This document shows positions 1-6,731 of a DNA stretch of 26,383 bases, in pieces. Position 1 is the first letter of the stretch; each line of letters begins with the position of its first letter. Both the position numbers and the translations under genes were made by a program. The stretch is taken from the IMG/VR virus record IMGVR_UViG_3300046786_000845, positions 1 to 26,383 of that record, one strand, 5' to 3'. The DNA comes from a virus (Duplodnaviria; Caudoviricetes). A model generated the notes under the pieces. That model did not search any database. It was not told the origin of the DNA and was given only the letters and a program-made list of their open reading frames with translations.

Positions 1-237
1 AAAGGCCAGCCGTGCGATCTCCTGAACTACCCGGTCAGCCGTTACCCCGGTACGGGCTGATCGTTCACGCTGAGCCACCTCTATGGCACTTTGAACTGTG
101 TTTTTCTGTAGCAGTGAATAGCCAATTTCAGACGCCCGACGTGCGCTATAACCCGCCCGAATCGCCGCCTGTGTGGCGTTAAAATCGAGCAGGTATTCCT
201 CAACAAAGCACGCCTGCTTAGGCGTCAGCCTCGGCAT
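1..237 (-). CDS. terS: Terminase small subunit (Terminase_2-like), partial, runs off the left edge
   Basis: Not in the ORF track. Manual translation from ATG at 237: MPRLTPKQACFVEEYLLDFNATQAAIRAGYSARRASEIGYSLLQK...TGVTADRVVQEIARLAF, the classic LTxKQxxFxxEYLxDxNATxAAIRAGYS motif. Open to position 1. Confidence 0.92.
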   Translation of the reverse strand, partial: MPRLTPKQACFVEEYLLDFNATQAAIRAGYSARRASEIGYSLLQKNTVQSAIEVAQRERSARTGVTADRVVQEIARLAF

Positions 238-244
238 ATCAGCC

Positions 245-487
245 TCACGGCGCAGGCCAGGCATGCGGATGCAGATTATCAATCCGCAGGTGAATATCCC
301 GATCAGCCCGCATCCGGTCCTCGCGCTCCTGGCTGTCGGCGGCAATCCGTGCGGCGCGATCCTGGCGCCCCTCCTCGGCGGTATAGCGGGCGCCCTCGGC
401 GGCAAAGAAAGTCAGATGCACCACCATAAAGACCAGGACGGCGTTAAACGCGATCAGGCCCAGCAGCGCCCAGTGGCGGGGGATCAT
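245..487 (-). CDS. Small membrane protein (N-terminal TM plus charged helix); possible i-spanin-like lysis accessory
   Basis: 80 aa; hydrophobic WALLGLIAFNAVLVFMVVHLTFF followed by an R/E/D-rich helix; ATGA overlap with the upstream gene; sits in the lysis-to-terminase cluster. Confidence 0.6.
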   Translation of the reverse strand: MIPRHWALLGLIAFNAVLVFMVVHLTFFAAEGARYTAEEGRQDRAARIAADSQEREDRMRADRDIHLRIDNLHPHAWPAP

Positions 488-846
488 TCGACCAGCTCCC
501 GGTTGATGTGCCTCAGGAAAATAGTGCGATTTTCATGGGTGAGATTTTTAATCTCATTCATGGTTTTAATCAGTTCGTTGTTCGAGGCAATCATGTCCTT
601 GTTGACGCTGATCTGGGCCTCGATGACCTGCAATAGCCGCCCATGGAATTCCGAGGCGTTTTTCTCTTTGTCCTGGTATAACACCAGCAGCATTTTCACC
701 GCCACCAATGCGGCTAGCCCGCCGATGCCGCCCTGGAGAATCACCGCCGAGATACTCAGCCCGGTCTCATCCGGGAGAATGAAGCCCTCCGCCGCCAGGG
801 CCAGAGCAGGGGTCATGGCCCACAGGTAGAGGGCGCGGAGATTCAC
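484..846 (-). CDS. Membrane protein, holin-like (TM segment(s) plus coiled coil)
   Basis: 120 aa; signal-like N-terminus (ALALA-A), TM ILQGGIGGLAALVAVKMLLVLY, then a heptad-rich C-terminus; GTGA/ATGA overlaps on both sides. Confidence 0.55.
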   Translation of the reverse strand: MNLRALYLWAMTPALALAAEGFILPDETGLSISAVILQGGIGGLAALVAVKMLLVLYQDKEKNASEFHGRLLQVIEAQISVNKDMIASNNELIKTMNEIKNLTHENRTIFLRHINRELVE

Positions 847-1076
847 TTGGCGAAAACGCCGGTTTTATTGAATAGGCCAGCCAGCACATCAATGGTTTTC
901 TGGATGAGGGGCCAATAGGTCCCGATCTGGCTATTCGTCGCCTCCAGAATGCTTTTGATGGCGGCGGATTTCTCACCGCCCAAGTCCTTGCCGGGGATGG
1001 CCTCTTCCAACGCCTTCATCGCGGTGATGATGGCCGGTATCAATTGCAGCATGGCGATAGCGGTGGCCCAACTCAT
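843..1076 (-). CDS. Hypothetical phage protein (lysis cluster)
   Basis: 77 aa; GAGGGG RBS upstream; stop/start overlaps with both neighbours. Confidence 0.7.
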   Translation of the reverse strand: MSWATAIAMLQLIPAIITAMKALEEAIPGKDLGGEKSAAIKSILEATNSQIGTYWPLIQKTIDVLAGLFNKTGVFAK

Positions 1077-1327
1077 TTCGTTTCCCCTCGGTAAAGCGCT
1101 ATACGCTCGTTGAGAATGTACTGATAACCAAGCATGTGCGTTACTTGGTTGGTTAAAAGACGCCGCTCAGCCTCAGTCAAATCAAAGTACGCATCCATCG
1201 ACAGCATGGCCGTGGCCTCCGAAATCTTTGCGCCTAGTTGACGCGCTTCTTCGTGCATACGTTCTTGCCAATCAGTTATTTCACATCTCCTGGCATTTGA
1301 TGCCGTAGCGGTAGTGGCCTGGGTCAA
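1073..1327 (-). CDS. Small helical-hairpin phage protein resembling the crAss001_48-related family; start uncertain (1327, 1279 or 1258)
   Basis: Pattern WQERMxEExxQLxxKI...FDLTEAERRLLTNQxxHMxxYxxILNERI recognised by eye. Confidence 0.6.
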   Translation of the reverse strand: MTQATTATASNARRCEITDWQERMHEEARQLGAKISEATAMLSMDAYFDLTEAERRLLTNQVTHMLGYQYILNERIALYRGETK

Positions 1328-1457
1328 TAGCCGAACGGTCCGGCTGTCTTATCGGTTGGACCGTCGGGCGGCACTGGATAGGTGGTGTCAGCATAGCGCA
1401 CCCCGCGAACGATAAGCCCGCCATCAATAGGAGCCCGGCGCCGCACCGTGCCGACAA
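1281..1457 (-). CDS. Overlapping small lipoprotein, o-spanin (Rz1)-like candidate
   Basis: From TTG at 1457: MSARCGAGLLLMAGLSFAG|CAMLTPPIQCRPTVQPIRQPDRSAIDPGHYRYGIKCQEM. Lipobox FAGC, 39-aa Pro-rich mature part, encoded in an alternative frame over the 3' end of the 1324-1767 gene. Confidence 0.5.
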   Translation of the reverse strand: MSARCGAGLLLMAGLSFAGCAMLTPPIQCRPTVQPIRQPDRSAIDPGHYRYGIKCQEM

Positions 1458-1767
1458 AAGCCAGAGCCAGACCAGCGACTTCAGCGATCTGAACAACCAG
1501 GGTGGTGAGGGTATTCGCATCAACAATCCAGCCCATGCGCTCGGTAATAACGGCTATCAGGGACACCAGAACACCGATAACGGCTCGTGACTGCCACCAA
1601 GGCTTAGCGCCCGCCGGTGCCGGCGTGGGCATCGCCTCCGGGGTATTGGCGTTGAGCCAGGCCTGATAGGCGCGGGCCGTCGCCGGCCCATAAATCCCAT
1701 CGACCTCAAGCTGCCAGCCGGCGGCGTTCAACTGCCGCTGGATTTTCAGCGTCTCGGCGGGGGTCAT
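1324..1767 (-). CDS. Peptidoglycan-binding domain fused to a two-TM holin-like domain
   Basis: LKIQRQLNAAGWQLEVDGIYGPATARAYQAWL is PG_binding_1-like; Pro/Ala linker; KPWWQSR followed by two TM helices. Start reassigned to ATG 1767 (ATGA overlap with the 35-aa upstream ORF). Confidence 0.75.
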   Translation of the reverse strand: MTPAETLKIQRQLNAAGWQLEVDGIYGPATARAYQAWLNANTPEAMPTPAPAGAKPWWQSRAVIGVLVSLIAVITERMGWIVDANTLTTLVVQIAEVAGLALAFVGTVRRRAPIDGGLIVRGVRYADTTYPVPPDGPTDKTAGPFGY

Positions 1768-1871
1768 GGCCAGCATCTCCACAAACCCGCCAGCGCGATC
1801 ATCAGGCCCAGCACAGCCAGGCCAATCACCGCTGCCAGGAAGGGAGCCATGGCGCTATCGCCATCATTCAT
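1764..1871 (-). CDS. 35-aa single-pass membrane peptide (possible holin/antiholin)
   Basis: Below the ORF-track cutoff. MNDGDSAMAPFLAAVIGLAVLGLMIALAGLWRCWP*; overlaps the endolysin stop and ends in an ATGA overlap with the next gene. Confidence 0.6.
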   Translation of the reverse strand: MNDGDSAMAPFLAAVIGLAVLGLMIALAGLWRCWP

Positions 1872-2310
1872 GTTTTGCCCCGCTCAAAAACAGCGCCCGC
1901 TCGGCGGCGCGGCGGGTGACCAAGCCTGGCAAGACCCGGCCCTTGGCTTTTACCCAGCGATTGAACTCATTCGCCGCGCCGGCATAATCGCCCGCGTTGA
2001 GCTTTTGGAGCAGGGTGGACTTGCGAAAAGCCCCACCGCCGATGTTGAACACCAGACTCACCAGCGCGTCGAATTGCGGCTGCGACAAGGGCACCGTGAC
2101 CCGGCTGTTGACAGCAGATTCCGCCGTGTCGAGGTCGTGATAGAGGCGCAGCACCGCCTGATCGCGGGTGATCGTCATGCCACGCCGCACTCCACCCGTG
2201 GAGCCATAACCGATGGTCCACACCCCGCCCGCGTCACGATAGGCCGTCAATCGCAGGCCCTCGTGGGCTTGAATCAAGGCGATGCCAGCAGGGGAGATGC
2301 TCATGGTCAT
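1864..2310 (-). CDS. Endolysin, GH24 (T4-lysozyme-like) muramidase
   Basis: E-x8-D-x5-T catalytic triad in HEGLRLTAYRDAGGVWTIGYG; QFDALVSLVFNIG, STLLQKLN and GLVTRRAAE motifs; no SAR helix. Confidence 0.95.
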   Translation of the reverse strand: MTMSISPAGIALIQAHEGLRLTAYRDAGGVWTIGYGSTGGVRRGMTITRDQAVLRLYHDLDTAESAVNSRVTVPLSQPQFDALVSLVFNIGGGAFRKSTLLQKLNAGDYAGAANEFNRWVKAKGRVLPGLVTRRAAERALFLSGAKHE

Positions 2311-2358
2311 GGCCCTAGACTGCCTCGCGCGCGGGCGAGGGCGAATTAACGTCGGTAA
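2310..2358 (-). promoter_or_regulatory. Putative Mor/C-activated late promoter inside the 3' end of the activator gene
   Basis: Imperfect dyad TTACCGACGTTAA (2358-2346) centred ~42 bp upstream of the endolysin ATG; -10-like CAGTCT (2322-2317); no good -35. Confidence 0.4.
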
Positions 2359-2755
2359 GTGTTTCTGGGCATAAATCAGCCAATCCCGGCAAGTCCGGCC
2401 GATACTGGGCGAGATGAGCCGCGCGCTGGGATTTGATGATGCGATAGACGTGTATCTCGGTCATGGCAAATTGGCGGGCCAAGGCCCTGATACCCTGGGC
2501 CCCATGCACCGTGCCATCGAAGGCGCGCCACAGGGCCAAATTACGGCGCATCTGGCGCAGCACCTCGTTTTTCGGCAGGTAAAAGCAACCCCCGCCCAGC
2601 ACCGCCGTCATGCGATCCACCACGCGACAGGCCAGGGCGTCCGCCTCGGTCTGCGCAATGCCCGCATCCGTCAGTGCCCAAATAGCCGACTGCAACAGGT
2701 CCGCCAGGGTGCCTTCGTAGTGGCGCGGGGCTGGCGCGCGGGCGGGGTCAGTCAT
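2315..2755 (-). CDS. Mor/C-family transcriptional activator (phage Mu middle/late activator type)
   Basis: LGGGCFYLPK...RRNLALWRAFDG...GIRALARQFAMTEIHVYRII: Mor-family GG-x-x-Y-x-P linker plus C-terminal HTH. Confidence 0.88.
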   Translation of the reverse strand: MTDPARAPAPRHYEGTLADLLQSAIWALTDAGIAQTEADALACRVVDRMTAVLGGGCFYLPKNEVLRQMRRNLALWRAFDGTVHGAQGIRALARQFAMTEIHVYRIIKSQRAAHLAQYRPDLPGLADLCPETLTDVNSPSPAREAV

Positions 2756-3003
2756 GGGGCTCCTACTGGCTGGTGGTAGTCACAGGGTTCCGAAAAACAG
2801 AGCCAGTGCGTCCGCCAGGTCATGCACCGGGTGGCATAGCCTGGCTCATCCCGCCTGGTCCACAGTTGGCACGTTTCCCGGACGGTGCACCGCCCGTCGA
2901 AACACGCCCGCCGCTTCTCCTTGGCCTCCAGGCACCCCTGATACTCCGCCGGATCGGGATAGTCGGCTGATTTGCCCTGGATGGCGTGGTGCGTCTCAAT
3001 CAT
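2752..3003 (-). CDS. Hypothetical Cys-rich phage protein
   Basis: 83 aa with 7 Cys (C-x4-C-x5-C core); AGGAG upstream; ATGA overlap with the Mor gene. Confidence 0.65.
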   Translation of the reverse strand: MIETHHAIQGKSADYPDPAEYQGCLEAKEKRRACFDGRCTVRETCQLWTRRDEPGYATRCMTWRTHWLCFSEPCDYHQPVGAP

Positions 3004-3047
3004 GGGCGGATGTACTCCTGACGGTTGGGAATGGCGGTACGGGCGTC

Positions 3048-3527
3048 CTAGAGGCTCTCGTGATCATCTTGCGAGATGCCGATCAGGCTGATATTGCGCT
3101 CGGCGAATAATTCACGGCTGATGGCCAGCGAGGCCCGCCAGCGGTCCATCAGGTCCGCATCGGCGCCCAGGGGGATGACCACCCGCGCGATCCCCGCTTG
3201 AACGATGGCCGCGGCGCAGGCGTGACACGGCGGGAAAGGCCAGACGTAGAGCGAGGCCCCCTGGGCGCGCCGGGCGCCGATGCGGAGTAATGAGTTCTGC
3301 TCGGCGTGGAGGGTGAGGGCCAGCCGGGTGTCGCGATCCGCCAGGCGCGCGTCGGTGTCGGCGATGCCGGCGGGGAAGCCGTTGTAGCCCTGACTGAGTT
3401 GTTCCTTGTCGCGCGCGATGACGCAGCCAACCTGCGTCGAGGGGTCGTTACTCCAGCCGGCGTAGTGGCGGGCCAGGTCCAGCCAGCGGCGATCCCATTT
3501 GGTTTGGTCGATGGGGGCCTGACTCAT
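3048..3527 (-). CDS. dCMP deaminase
   Basis: SNDPSTQVGCVI, GYNGFP, HAEQN and PCHAC zinc-deaminase motifs; start reassigned to ATG 3527 (AGGAGG RBS, ATGA overlap). Confidence 0.92.
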   Translation of the reverse strand: MSQAPIDQTKWDRRWLDLARHYAGWSNDPSTQVGCVIARDKEQLSQGYNGFPAGIADTDARLADRDTRLALTLHAEQNSLLRIGARRAQGASLYVWPFPPCHACAAAIVQAGIARVVIPLGADADLMDRWRASLAISRELFAERNISLIGISQDDHESL

Positions 3528-3868
3528 GGCGTCCCCTCCTGGGGCTGATGCCACTGGTGCATGGCCCGCTCCACCCACTGATAGGCGCGGCCGTCCTTAA
3601 CCATGGCCCCGGTCACGCGCAGCAGGGTCCAGCCCGCCACGGCGGCGGCGTTGTACTTCTCGCAATCGGCCTCGAAGCCCTGGGGGCGGACATGCCGCCC
3701 GCCGCGATACAGGCCGCCCTCCACTTCCAGGGCCAGGTACTGGGTGGGCCAGGCGAAATCAAAGCGCCATTGCCGGCCGGGGTGAAAGCGGTATTCCCGC
3801 TCCGGGACCGGCAGGCCCAGGGCGCGCAGTTGCAGGGCGAGGGAGGCTTCCAGGGGGGAGGGGGGCAT
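3524..3868 (-). CDS. DUF559/Vsr-like PD-(D/E)xK endonuclease (possible resolvase)
   Basis: SPLE...EREYRFHPGRQWRFDFAWP...LEVEGG...H...DCEKYNAA...GWTLLRVT signature. Confidence 0.85.
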   Translation of the reverse strand: MPPSPLEASLALQLRALGLPVPEREYRFHPGRQWRFDFAWPTQYLALEVEGGLYRGGRHVRPQGFEADCEKYNAAAVAGWTLLRVTGAMVKDGRAYQWVERAMHQWHQPQEGTP

Positions 3869-3908
3869 GGGTTAGGTGGCCTGGGGCAAGGAGGGATTAA
3901 ACATAATT

Positions 3909-4113
3909 AACTACAATAGCCGTCATTCCGTTTCGACGGCCTAAAGCTAGCTAGCAGTAGGAGAGAAGAATTGTTTGTAATAAAAGAGGGGGTACCCCCT
4001 TCCTGGACCCCGACCACGGGAAAGGGGTACCCCCCTGCGATTTGCAGTAAATTCTGGAAGCGTTGCGGTTGCTGGATTAAGGCCGTCGACGCCCGTCGAC
4101 GCCTATTGCGGTT
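3909..4113. repeat. Large imperfect concentric palindrome, putative replication origin
   Basis: Four paired blocks symmetric about position 4011: 3914-3924/4098-4108, 3933-3942/4080-4089, 3967-3972/4050-4055 and 3988-4003/4019-4034; immediately downstream of the primase gene. Confidence 0.7.
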
Positions 4114-6434
4114 TAATCGCATTCATTCACACCCTGGACCGCCACCCAGGCTTCACGTGGCCGCCCCCGCTGCCCGGCCTTGGCCAAGTTCTGCAACTGG
4201 GCCAGGCCCGAGTGATCCAGGGCGGTCAGGATCTCGCTCTGCTCGCGGGGACGCAGGCCATCGAAGGCGGCGGACTTGCGCCCCAGTTCCCGTTGGGTCA
4301 GGCCCTGGGCACCGGCGGCCCGCAGTAGTTCCAGGCACGCGTTCTTGACGCGACCGAAGCGGGAATCGGCAATCGCCCACTTGGCCCGCTCCACCAGGGA
4401 GGCATCGCAGGCCAGGACATAATCGATCGCCCACTGTACCTGGCTGGCGGAGATGGTGCGCAGCCCCATGCCCTCGGCCAGGCAGACCACCATGGCCAGG
4501 CGCATGGCCTTCTCGACGGTGCGCCCGAACAGGGCCTCCAGGCCATGGCGCTCCACGTCGTTCATGCGCGCGAGGATGTCCGCCTCGAAGGCCATCAGGG
4601 AGTGGCGGGCGCCGGCGGAGAAGTCCAGCACGATGGGCGTGGGCTCCAGATCGGCGCCCAGGTCATAGGGTAGCAGGTTGCCGTCCGCGGTCGGCTGACA
4701 GCCCACCGCCAGCAACCATTCCACCACATCCTCCGGCACCGGGGCCGGCTCCGGGTACCGGGAGGGCTGCCGCCCGATGGGCGATTCGCACACCAGGAAG
4801 CGCCCGAGGAAACCGTCGGCGATCCATTGCCGGGACAGGGACTCGTAGAAGGTGGAGGGCGTGGTCATGGCCAGGATGCCCAGGTGCGGCTTGCACACCT
4901 TACGCTGGCGGAAGGCCTCGCGCTGCTCCTTGGAGAGGGTCATCAGGCTATAGGCGGCCGGGCGCAGGGTGCCATGGGCGCGGCCAAAGGTCTCCATGAG
5001 GATGGAGATGGCATCGGCCTTGATCTGGTTGCCATGGGCCTGGGAGGACTCCATCAGCTTGCCGAACTCGTCGATGACGCTGATGTGGCCTGGCTTGTCC
5101 ATCAGGGCCGAGAACACGGCGCCGGGGCTGGTGTAGCCCGAGCCGCCAATGCGCCCTTCCAGACTGGCCGCGGCCAGGGTGTCCTCCAGGACGGTTTTGC
5201 CATGCTCCTTGCCGCTGGCAGTGACGGCGATCCCCAGCAGCCACAGCACCGGCCAATTGTCGCGCGTGGTGCGGTAGCGGCGGGCCATGGCGGTGGCCGC
5301 CGTGGCGATGGCGGCTTGCAGCAACAGATGGGGTTGGGGCTTGTGCGCGGTGGCCAGCCCCCAGGTCAGCAAGTGGCCCAGGACCCCGGGGGCCTGGGCC
5401 AGTAAATGATCCGGCCACAGCTCGGGCTCGCGGGCGGTATAACTCGGGGCGGCGGCTGGCGCCGGGACGGGCTCCGGCACGGGCGGGACGTACGGCGTGC
5501 CATTCACCCACCCCGCATCCATCGCCCGCTTGAACAGGCTCGCCAGTTGCACCCCCTGGCCGTTGTCCTTAAAGCTCCCCCACTTGTCGCGTAGCACCTG
5601 GGCGTCGAATTTCGCCCCGGTCGCGCTCCACTCATGCCACAGGCCGAAGGCATTGGCGGCGCCGGTACTGTGCAGCGCCATGCCGATCTGGAGCCACTGG
5701 TCATAGGTCTGATCGGGATCGAGATAGCCAAGGGCCTGGCGGATCTCCAGGCATTGACTGGCTGGCAGGGGCGGCGCAATGCCGGCGGTACTGACCAACG
5801 GGGCCGCCTGACTGGCGGGCGTAAAATAGGCCACGATCTCCGCCAGGGCCCGCGGGTCGATCGGGCGCAGTTCTCCCGGCGCCTCATCCAGATGGTGCCC
5901 GGTCACGGTCACATAGCGCCCGGTAACCCAGCCCTGCAAGCGCGGGGTGGTGATGGCGCGCTCCAGCGTCCCAAACCCGATGACCCGCACTCCCGTACCG
6001 GACGGCGATATCTCGGCGTAGGTTCCGAGCCGCTGAATGGCCGCCAGGACATTGGCATCAATGACCCCGGTATGCCCCGAGCGCACATGGTCGAAATCCA
6101 GCAGAATGATCTGCGTCTCCTTGCGCACCATGAAGCCGATACCATCCCAGCCGCTGTCATCCTCCTGATAGCCCGCCAGGGCGGTGTAATAATCCGTCCA
6201 GGTGCTGGGATTGATCGACGATGCCTTGTGCCCCTGCACGGTATAGGGCACCTTGTTCATGGCCCCGCCCGCCTTGGGCTCCGCCTTCCACACCACCCAC
6301 TGGTCCAGGTGCTTGATCGCCTCCGGGATCAATTCCGGGCGCACCGGCAATCCCAGCCAGACGTTATGCTCATCCACGAGCGGGCTCCTCAGGCTGGTGT
6401 CGGTCTTAACAGAAGTCGGGAGTAGGGTCGTCAT
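4113..6434 (-). CDS. Primase-polymerase (AEP, NrS-1-like N-terminus) + PriCT-2 + DUF3987-type helicase-like ATPase
   Basis: QWVVW...KVPY...STW...GIGF...LDFDH...YAEISPSGTG (prim-pol); YDQWLQIGMALH...WHEWS...KWGSF (PriCT-2); AVTASGKE Walker A and VIDEFG Walker B; C-terminal wHTH-like region. Confidence 0.88.
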   Translation of the reverse strand: MTTLLPTSVKTDTSLRSPLVDEHNVWLGLPVRPELIPEAIKHLDQWVVWKAEPKAGGAMNKVPYTVQGHKASSINPSTWTDYYTALAGYQEDDSGWDGIGFMVRKETQIILLDFDHVRSGHTGVIDANVLAAIQRLGTYAEISPSGTGVRVIGFGTLERAITTPRLQGWVTGRYVTVTGHHLDEAPGELRPIDPRALAEIVAYFTPASQAAPLVSTAGIAPPLPASQCLEIRQALGYLDPDQTYDQWLQIGMALHSTGAANAFGLWHEWSATGAKFDAQVLRDKWGSFKDNGQGVQLASLFKRAMDAGWVNGTPYVPPVPEPVPAPAAAPSYTAREPELWPDHLLAQAPGVLGHLLTWGLATAHKPQPHLLLQAAIATAATAMARRYRTTRDNWPVLWLLGIAVTASGKEHGKTVLEDTLAAASLEGRIGGSGYTSPGAVFSALMDKPGHISVIDEFGKLMESSQAHGNQIKADAISILMETFGRAHGTLRPAAYSLMTLSKEQREAFRQRKVCKPHLGILAMTTPSTFYESLSRQWIADGFLGRFLVCESPIGRQPSRYPEPAPVPEDVVEWLLAVGCQPTADGNLLPYDLGADLEPTPIVLDFSAGARHSLMAFEADILARMNDVERHGLEALFGRTVEKAMRLAMVVCLAEGMGLRTISASQVQWAIDYVLACDASLVERAKWAIADSRFGRVKNACLELLRAAGAQGLTQRELGRKSAAFDGLRPREQSEILTALDHSGLAQLQNLAKAGQRGRPREAWVAVQGVNECD

Positions 6435-6637
6435 CGCCAGTTGATCCTAGACTCGTGTTTACTGGCGCAATAAAAGCAGCGGGCATAGGGCCGGCGGCAT
6501 TCGTCAAGGTCCTGGCCGCAGTTAATGCACTTCGTCACCAGCGGCAAGGGCCGGGAACGCATCTCGCGCAGGAAAGCGGCGAAGCGCTCAACCTCGCGTT
6601 CGGTAAGGGATGCGACCTGATCCGCGTCATCACTCAT
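6431..6637 (-). CDS. TraR/DksA-like C4 zinc-finger protein
   Basis: MSDDADQ N-terminal acidic tip, helix, then CINCG...RR...CFYC. Confidence 0.75.
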   Translation of the reverse strand: MSDDADQVASLTEREVERFAAFLREMRSRPLPLVTKCINCGQDLDECRRPYARCFYCASKHESRINWR

Positions 6638-6731
6638 CGCGCCGCCCCCAGGTTTGCACCAGCACCCCCAGCCCGATCATGACCGCGATGGGCGCGGCCA
6701 CCGTCAGCAAGCCGTAAAGAATCTCAATCAT
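6630..6731 (-). CDS. 33-aa membrane peptide
   Basis: MIEILYGLLTVAAPIAVMIGLGVLVQTWGRRDE; ATGA overlap with the upstream gene; C-terminal part of the track ORF 6630-7049. Confidence 0.6.
   Translation of the reverse strand: MIEILYGLLTVAAPIAVMIGLGVLVQTWGRRDE

Noticed and set aside
173-829. 218-aa plus-strand ORF and the many other long antisense ORFs (e.g. 5634-6425, 20027-21118, 23861-24541)
   Set aside because: Shadow frames of well-supported genes in GC-rich DNA, with no recognisable motifs.
2315-2755. Mu-like transposable phage
   Set aside because: No MuA/MuB transposition genes; replication is by prim-pol/helicase and integration by a serine recombinase.
3048-3527. dCTP-deaminase anti-phage defence gene
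   Set aside because: It is a single 159-aa domain without the fused P-loop kinase domain of those systems, and sits in a lytic-cycle operon.
3853-3871. G6-A-G6 tract next to the putative origin (G-quadruplex-like)
   Set aside because: Explained by Pro-Pro-Ser-Pro codons at the start of the minus-strand nuclease gene; no independent support.
3909-4113. Protelomerase (tel) site of a linear plasmid prophage
   Set aside because: The palindrome is imperfect with an unpaired centre, no protelomerase gene is in the window, and an integrase is present.
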